A program made the translations under genes and the position numbers. 30,177 nt of DNA from a virus (lineage: Duplodnaviria > Caudoviricetes). Of the stretch, positions 26,454 to 30,177 are shown in pieces (positions within the stretch are counted from its first letter, which is position 1; the number at the start of each line of letters is the position of its first letter). The stretch is taken from the IMG/VR virus record IMGVR_UViG_3300010331_000033, positions 1 to 30,177 of that record; one strand, given 5' to 3'. The notes beneath the pieces were generated by a model that was not told where the DNA came from, searched no databases, and saw only the letters and a list, made by a program, of their open reading frames with translations.

Positions 26454-26943
26454 TGAACAGACCTGCTTTATAATACCTATCCAAATCCGTCCTGAGCGTC
26501 CTGATAACTACGTTTGTGGATGAGCTGATATAAAATGCCTTTTTAAGACAATTGACATACTTATCAATTATATAATCAGCATTGAGGGTGAAGTGATATA
26601 TCTCACAAACAGCGTTAATGCGTTCCTTGAGATATTCCAAATCAAAAGTATCAGGCTTTTCCCATTTTACCAGGTTCTGAAAATCAGTTTCAAATTTGGA
26701 CTTACCTAAGTTTGTGACATAAAAATATCCGGCAGCACCGGATCTTGTATACATAAACTTATCATCAACCATCATTTGTAGCTGCTCCCAATTTGAATTT
26801 CTCTTATTGGAACAGAAATAGTTTCTTGAATAATCCTTTGGTAAGACCTTATCTTTTTTCTTTGAGGATACAACAGCATTTAGCAGGTCTATGCCAAGCG
26901 AATGAGCTATAAGCTGCATCTGGTCAATAGATAAGTCAGTCAT
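26443..26943 (-). CDS. Hypothetical protein
   Basis: ORF track; H-LG...RNYFC...FYVT--G winged-helix-like pattern. Confidence 0.5.
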   Translation of the reverse strand: MTDLSIDQMQLIAHSLGIDLLNAVVSSKKKDKVLPKDYSRNYFCSNKRNSNWEQLQMMVDDKFMYTRSGAAGYFYVTNLGKSKFETDFQNLVKWEKPDTFDLEYLKERINAVCEIYHFTLNADYIIDKYVNCLKKAFYISSSTNVVIRTLRTDLDRYYKAGLFNGY

Positions 26944-27136
26944 GTCCTGAATTATTAAAGTGATAGATAAAGTTCTGAGGGAGCATGAGAAATAGCTCCG
27001 TTGTAGTCATGTCAGGGCGTTTAAACCTCTGTATTGATGATGTGAGAGTGATGTTAACCATCAAAAGCACCACAATGAGATATATTAACTCATTGGCATT
27101 CTTAAGCCTCATCTTATGCTTCATATTGCTTTCCAA
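26936..27136 (-). CDS. Small membrane protein
   Basis: Single hydrophobic helix (LIYLIVVLLMVNITL). Confidence 0.45.
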   Translation of the reverse strand: MESNMKHKMRLKNANELIYLIVVLLMVNITLTSSIQRFKRPDMTTTELFLMLPQNFIYHFNNSGHD

Positions 27137-27497
27137 TTATTTCAACCGTTGCAGAAATTAAACGTGTAAGATGGGTTACATAGTAGGTAGGTCTATAGAT
27201 AGAAAAGCATCCATCCATAAACTCAATATGTGCGGTGTTTTTATTGTGAGTAACCAAATCACCGCCTTTTGTCACCTTCCCGTTGATATAGATGCTTCCA
27301 AAGAGTGGATTTCCTTTTCGGTCACTCTGTAGTGTGTATTGACCGACTGAATCAGGATAAACCCCTATCCATGTACCATCTATTTCAAGGTAACAGTTTC
27401 CATATTTCCTTTTAATAGTACCATTTGATATTGTCATGCTTTCAATCCATTCACCAGTATTGATTGACTTTCCTCGAAATAAAACTGTTTGTTCCAT
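27114..27497 (-). CDS. YopX family protein
   Basis: LFRGK---GEW, VGQYT---DRKG and VEIIG--YE motifs. Confidence 0.8.
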   Translation of the reverse strand: MEQTVLFRGKSINTGEWIESMTISNGTIKRKYGNCYLEIDGTWIGVYPDSVGQYTLQSDRKGNPLFGSIYINGKVTKGGDLVTHNKNTAHIEFMDGCFSIYRPTYYVTHLTRLISATVEIIGKQYEA

Positions 27498-27499
27498 GT

Positions 27500-27718
27500 T
27501 TAGATTTTTTTGTGAATCAACTTGTAGATATCTGATCCAAGAGCGAGTAATGCCTCTATCTTTCTCCTGTCACGCTCACGGGCATGGTTCATGCGGGCTT
27601 CATAACGCTTGATTATCTCAGCCTCTCTCTGTGTACAGAACTGACCGTTATCAGCTCTTCTCTTCTTATGCTTCTTTGGGGCTTTTACCACATCGGGAAA
27701 TAATGTTTGCTCTTCCAT
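27500..27718 (-). CDS. Basic hypothetical protein
   Basis: ORF track; R---GQF motif. Confidence 0.45.
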   Translation of the reverse strand: MEEQTLFPDVVKAPKKHKKRRADNGQFCTQREAEIIKRYEARMNHARERDRRKIEALLALGSDIYKLIHKKI

Positions 27719-27807
27719 AGCTCTCTTGTTTTACCAGTCGTTAAAATCCCAATTCTTCAGAAGATAGCAGAATGATATAATTGACTTGATTAAGCGTATC
27801 ATGTGTA

Positions 27808-28578
27808 TTAACTTTTAAGTTTTAAAATTACCTCTCCCCCGTGATCGTATAACGTTCCTCGGAATTCACAAATACCATTCTTTCCGTTTCTTGGTGTGTA
27901 GTAGTCGCATTGAGATTTGCAACACTCTGATTTATCCCCCGCTGTACCCATTTCGCAAAAGCCGATTGTCTGCTGAATCATTTCCATACTCGAATTAAGG
28001 TCTATTATAGGCTCAATAGATGCAAAGGTTTTGAATCCTGCATTATGAAGCTTTTTCATAGCCTCGATACGTTCAGCGTTGGTAGATGCGTTTGGCTCCA
28101 ATTCATCGTGGCCGGTCAAGGTAAAGCCGAAAGCAAGAAGGTGCTTCTTTGGCTCGTAATTCCAGATTGTTTGGTTTTCGTTCAATTCACGGATTAAAGC
28201 ATCTATATGCCAATCTGCTCGCTTCGTTAGGAATTTAACGGGCACATCGTTAATTAGGCACAACCTTGCTGCCTGTTGAGTAAGAAGTGTTGTTTCTGGT
28301 AGAAATGGATCGGATGTAAACGTAAAGAATAGACCGTGTTTTTGAAGTTCAAGAAGGTTTAATTTCAGTTCCTTTTCAAAGATCTTTAAGGCGTCCGCTT
28401 CATCCTTAAAACACTTTTTCAAAGTAGGTATTAACCCGCCCATTACATGACCTAAAACGCCTTTCTTGCAATAACAGTAGGAACAGTCATTTGAACATCC
28501 TACATAGAAATTACAAGCCCATTCTGCATATTCCCCAGCAGGGCCTTTTGGTTGATATATCGCTTTTCCTTTATACAT
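27808..28578 (-). CDS. Radical SAM protein with atypical Cys-rich C-terminus
   Basis: CSNDCSYC = CxxxCxxC; FTSDPF, LTK, EPNAS---RI and SIEPI motifs. Confidence 0.8.
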   Translation of the reverse strand: MYKGKAIYQPKGPAGEYAEWACNFYVGCSNDCSYCYCKKGVLGHVMGGLIPTLKKCFKDEADALKIFEKELKLNLLELQKHGLFFTFTSDPFLPETTLLTQQAARLCLINDVPVKFLTKRADWHIDALIRELNENQTIWNYEPKKHLLAFGFTLTGHDELEPNASTNAERIEAMKKLHNAGFKTFASIEPIIDLNSSMEMIQQTIGFCEMGTAGDKSECCKSQCDYYTPRNGKNGICEFRGTLYDHGGEVILKLKS

Positions 28579-29080
28579 GATTTTCTTTGATTAAAGTTTC
28601 GTCAAATTCCCAAAAGCTAAGTTTTCCTTTAGCGGGTATAGGCTTTTCAAAAAGGATTGGATTTCGTAAAACCCAATTGTATGTTATCTTTGGGTTTTTG
28701 CCTTCTGAAACAGCTTTCGTGATTTCAAATGATTCTCGAATCTTCTGAACATCTGTTTTATTTTGATCCGCCCATATACTTGTGTGATTGATAACGCAGT
28801 CCACTATTTCAACACTTCCAATAATTGAACCAGTTGGTAGGCTTTCAAGCCATCCCTTTGTTTCAGGAAATATCTTATAAAGTGAAGGGATTATATCGTA
28901 TAAATACTTTATAAACATATTCCCATTCCATGATTTTGCGGCTGCATGAATCAAAACACGACCACGAAAATTAGTTTTCCATGTACGGTTTTCAATATCC
29001 TTGAATAATATTACATTGTCAATTTTCAGGCCTTCAACTATAAGTGACGCCCAAGGTTGTTTTTCTGTTATTGCTTTCAT
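28571..29080 (-). CDS. ASCH domain protein
   Basis: MKAIT-KQPWA-LI, KDIENR-W-T-FRG-VLIHA and KGKL-FW motifs. Confidence 0.9.
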   Translation of the reverse strand: MKAITEKQPWASLIVEGLKIDNVILFKDIENRTWKTNFRGRVLIHAAAKSWNGNMFIKYLYDIIPSLYKIFPETKGWLESLPTGSIIGSVEIVDCVINHTSIWADQNKTDVQKIRESFEITKAVSEGKNPKITYNWVLRNPILFEKPIPAKGKLSFWEFDETLIKENHV

Positions 29081-29397
29081 TATACAAATCTTTTATATTT
29101 CGGGTTTGTTTTCCTTTTTTCAACCTTATCTATTGCCATTTCAAGAAGGTTTTGATGATGCAAACCGAATAAACTTGCAAGGTGTGTTACGGTTGCATAT
29201 AAATCCGAAATTTCGTCCTTTAAGTGCTCTTCGCATTCATTAGACTTTCCAAAATGTGGAACCCGAATATATTCTTCAAAAGCTTCAGTCATTTCTTCAA
29301 ATTCTTCTTTGACTTTGTGATATCGTGAAAGTTTTACTGTTCCAAAATTTTCGTTAAAAACCTCAATTGCTTCCACTTCTATGCTAGTGTTATTCAT
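29080..29397 (-). CDS. MazG-like nucleotide pyrophosphohydrolase
   Basis: KVKEEFEE...LKDEISD acidic motif and K---R ending. Confidence 0.7.
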   Translation of the reverse strand: MNNTSIEVEAIEVFNENFGTVKLSRYHKVKEEFEEMTEAFEEYIRVPHFGKSNECEEHLKDEISDLYATVTHLASLFGLHHQNLLEMAIDKVEKRKTNPKYKRFV

Positions 29398-29549
29398 AAT
29401 TTTACTTTTTTAGATTCATTCCATCCTTTTGCAAAAGCCTTCCGCTGTATTTCAGCTTTCAGCGTCCTGAACTCAAAGTCCTCCTTATCGAAGGTATTCC
29501 CCTTTGTGGGGGTAGGGTAGAGGGATTGGGCTCTTAGTTCTGGGGTCAT
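29394..29549 (-). CDS. Small hypothetical protein (51 aa)
   Basis: Not in track: MTPELRAQSLYP...QRKAFAKGWNESKKVKL; ATGA overlaps at both ends. Confidence 0.55.
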   Translation of the reverse strand: MTPELRAQSLYPTPTKGNTFDKEDFEFRTLKAEIQRKAFAKGWNESKKVKL

Positions 29550-30130
29550 GGATTAACTTCTTTTTCGGCCTCTATTCTCATTCTTAGACACATTTCATCA
29601 AAAGCATCAAAGACACATTTTAGACCTGCATCCAATTTTTTACAGAATGGGATTTGCTCGTAGTCAATGAAACCGGGTTTCCCATATTCCCGATAAGCAG
29701 TATAGGTATATCCTAATTCATCATCAACCTCAGAAAGTAGGTTGTGAAACCACATTTTCGCTTCTTTAAGCTTTTTACCTGAATATCCGTATTCCTTGAG
29801 TCCTTTACTTTCAAGCTCTCTTAACTCTTTTGCTGTTTCTTCGGGGTCGTATTTACCTGGTACCTGACAACTGCCTATTTTGAGTTTTTCAAGCCAGTAC
29901 ACCGGATCAACACATTCGCCTTTTTTTCCTGATGGGAAGAATTGCCGGCAAAACATCCACGAACCACAATCACCATAAACCACAAGTCCATTTGGCCCGT
30001 TTAAAAAATGAATGGCATATATTCCGGTACCCGGTTCGGCAAAGTGATCAATCAGGATCGTTTTCTCTCCACACTTGAAAGTTTCTACCGTGTGGACGTG
30101 CTTACTAAAATCAACGTTAGTTCTTTTCAT
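29546..30130 (-). CDS. Phage hypothetical protein (probable start MKRTNVDF)
   Basis: L-V-GD-G-W-F and YW-EKL pattern seen in phage hypotheticals; start uncertain (track start 30175). Confidence 0.55.
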   Translation of the reverse strand: MKRTNVDFSKHVHTVETFKCGEKTILIDHFAEPGTGIYAIHFLNGPNGLVVYGDCGSWMFCRQFFPSGKKGECVDPVYWLEKLKIGSCQVPGKYDPEETAKELRELESKGLKEYGYSGKKLKEAKMWFHNLLSEVDDELGYTYTAYREYGKPGFIDYEQIPFCKKLDAGLKCVFDAFDEMCLRMRIEAEKEVNP

Positions 30131-30177
30131 GTGGGGTGAGGTCGTTATAGTAAACAAGAACTTGCTGTAAGGCATCC

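Noticed and set aside
27731-27802. 23-aa ORF MIRLIKSIISFCYLLKNWDFNDW
   Set aside because: It fills the gap but is too short to support without conservation or expression data.
4900-29243. Plus-strand ORFs in the track (e.g. 9904..10476, 21757..22227) and nested minus-strand ORFs (e.g. 1800..2057, 12332..12550)
   Set aside because: Shadows of well-supported minus-strand genes; no recognisable motifs.

Overview
A 30-kb stretch of a temperate-type tailed phage or prophage. All credible protein genes are on the minus strand. The host is probably Bacteroidota, judging by TTTG-N20-TAnnTTTG promoters and the look of the proteins. Read right to left, it holds an accessory/early tail end (MazG-like, ASCH, radical SAM, YopX, NinG), a gpZ-like gene, a putative cos region, and a lambda-type head module (terS, a PLD-like gene, terL/gpA, gpW, portal, protease-capsid fusion, DUF2190). 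Then come a P2-type contractile tail (sheath, tube, chaperone with -1 frameshift, tape measure, U/X/D/V/W/J/I), two receptor-binding proteins, a holin-like gene and a DUF3380-type endolysin. Four small indels break the capsid, tape-measure and baseplate J genes and look like sequencing errors. The standout is an AT-rich ~2-kb island inserted between terL and gpW (about 18528-20535). It is bounded by a duplicated terminator and has its own operator-containing promoter, five small unknown ORFs and a terminal HTH gene (acr/aca-like layout). It also carries solitary CRISPR-repeat mimics: a separately promoted and terminated ~165-nt structured RNA holds both a type I-B/III-like repeat and a perfect Cas12a crRNA handle, and a second I-B-like repeat sits inside the operon. 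No cas genes are present. I interpret this as a candidate multi-type anti-CRISPR RNA (Racr)/protein island; that interpretation is inference.
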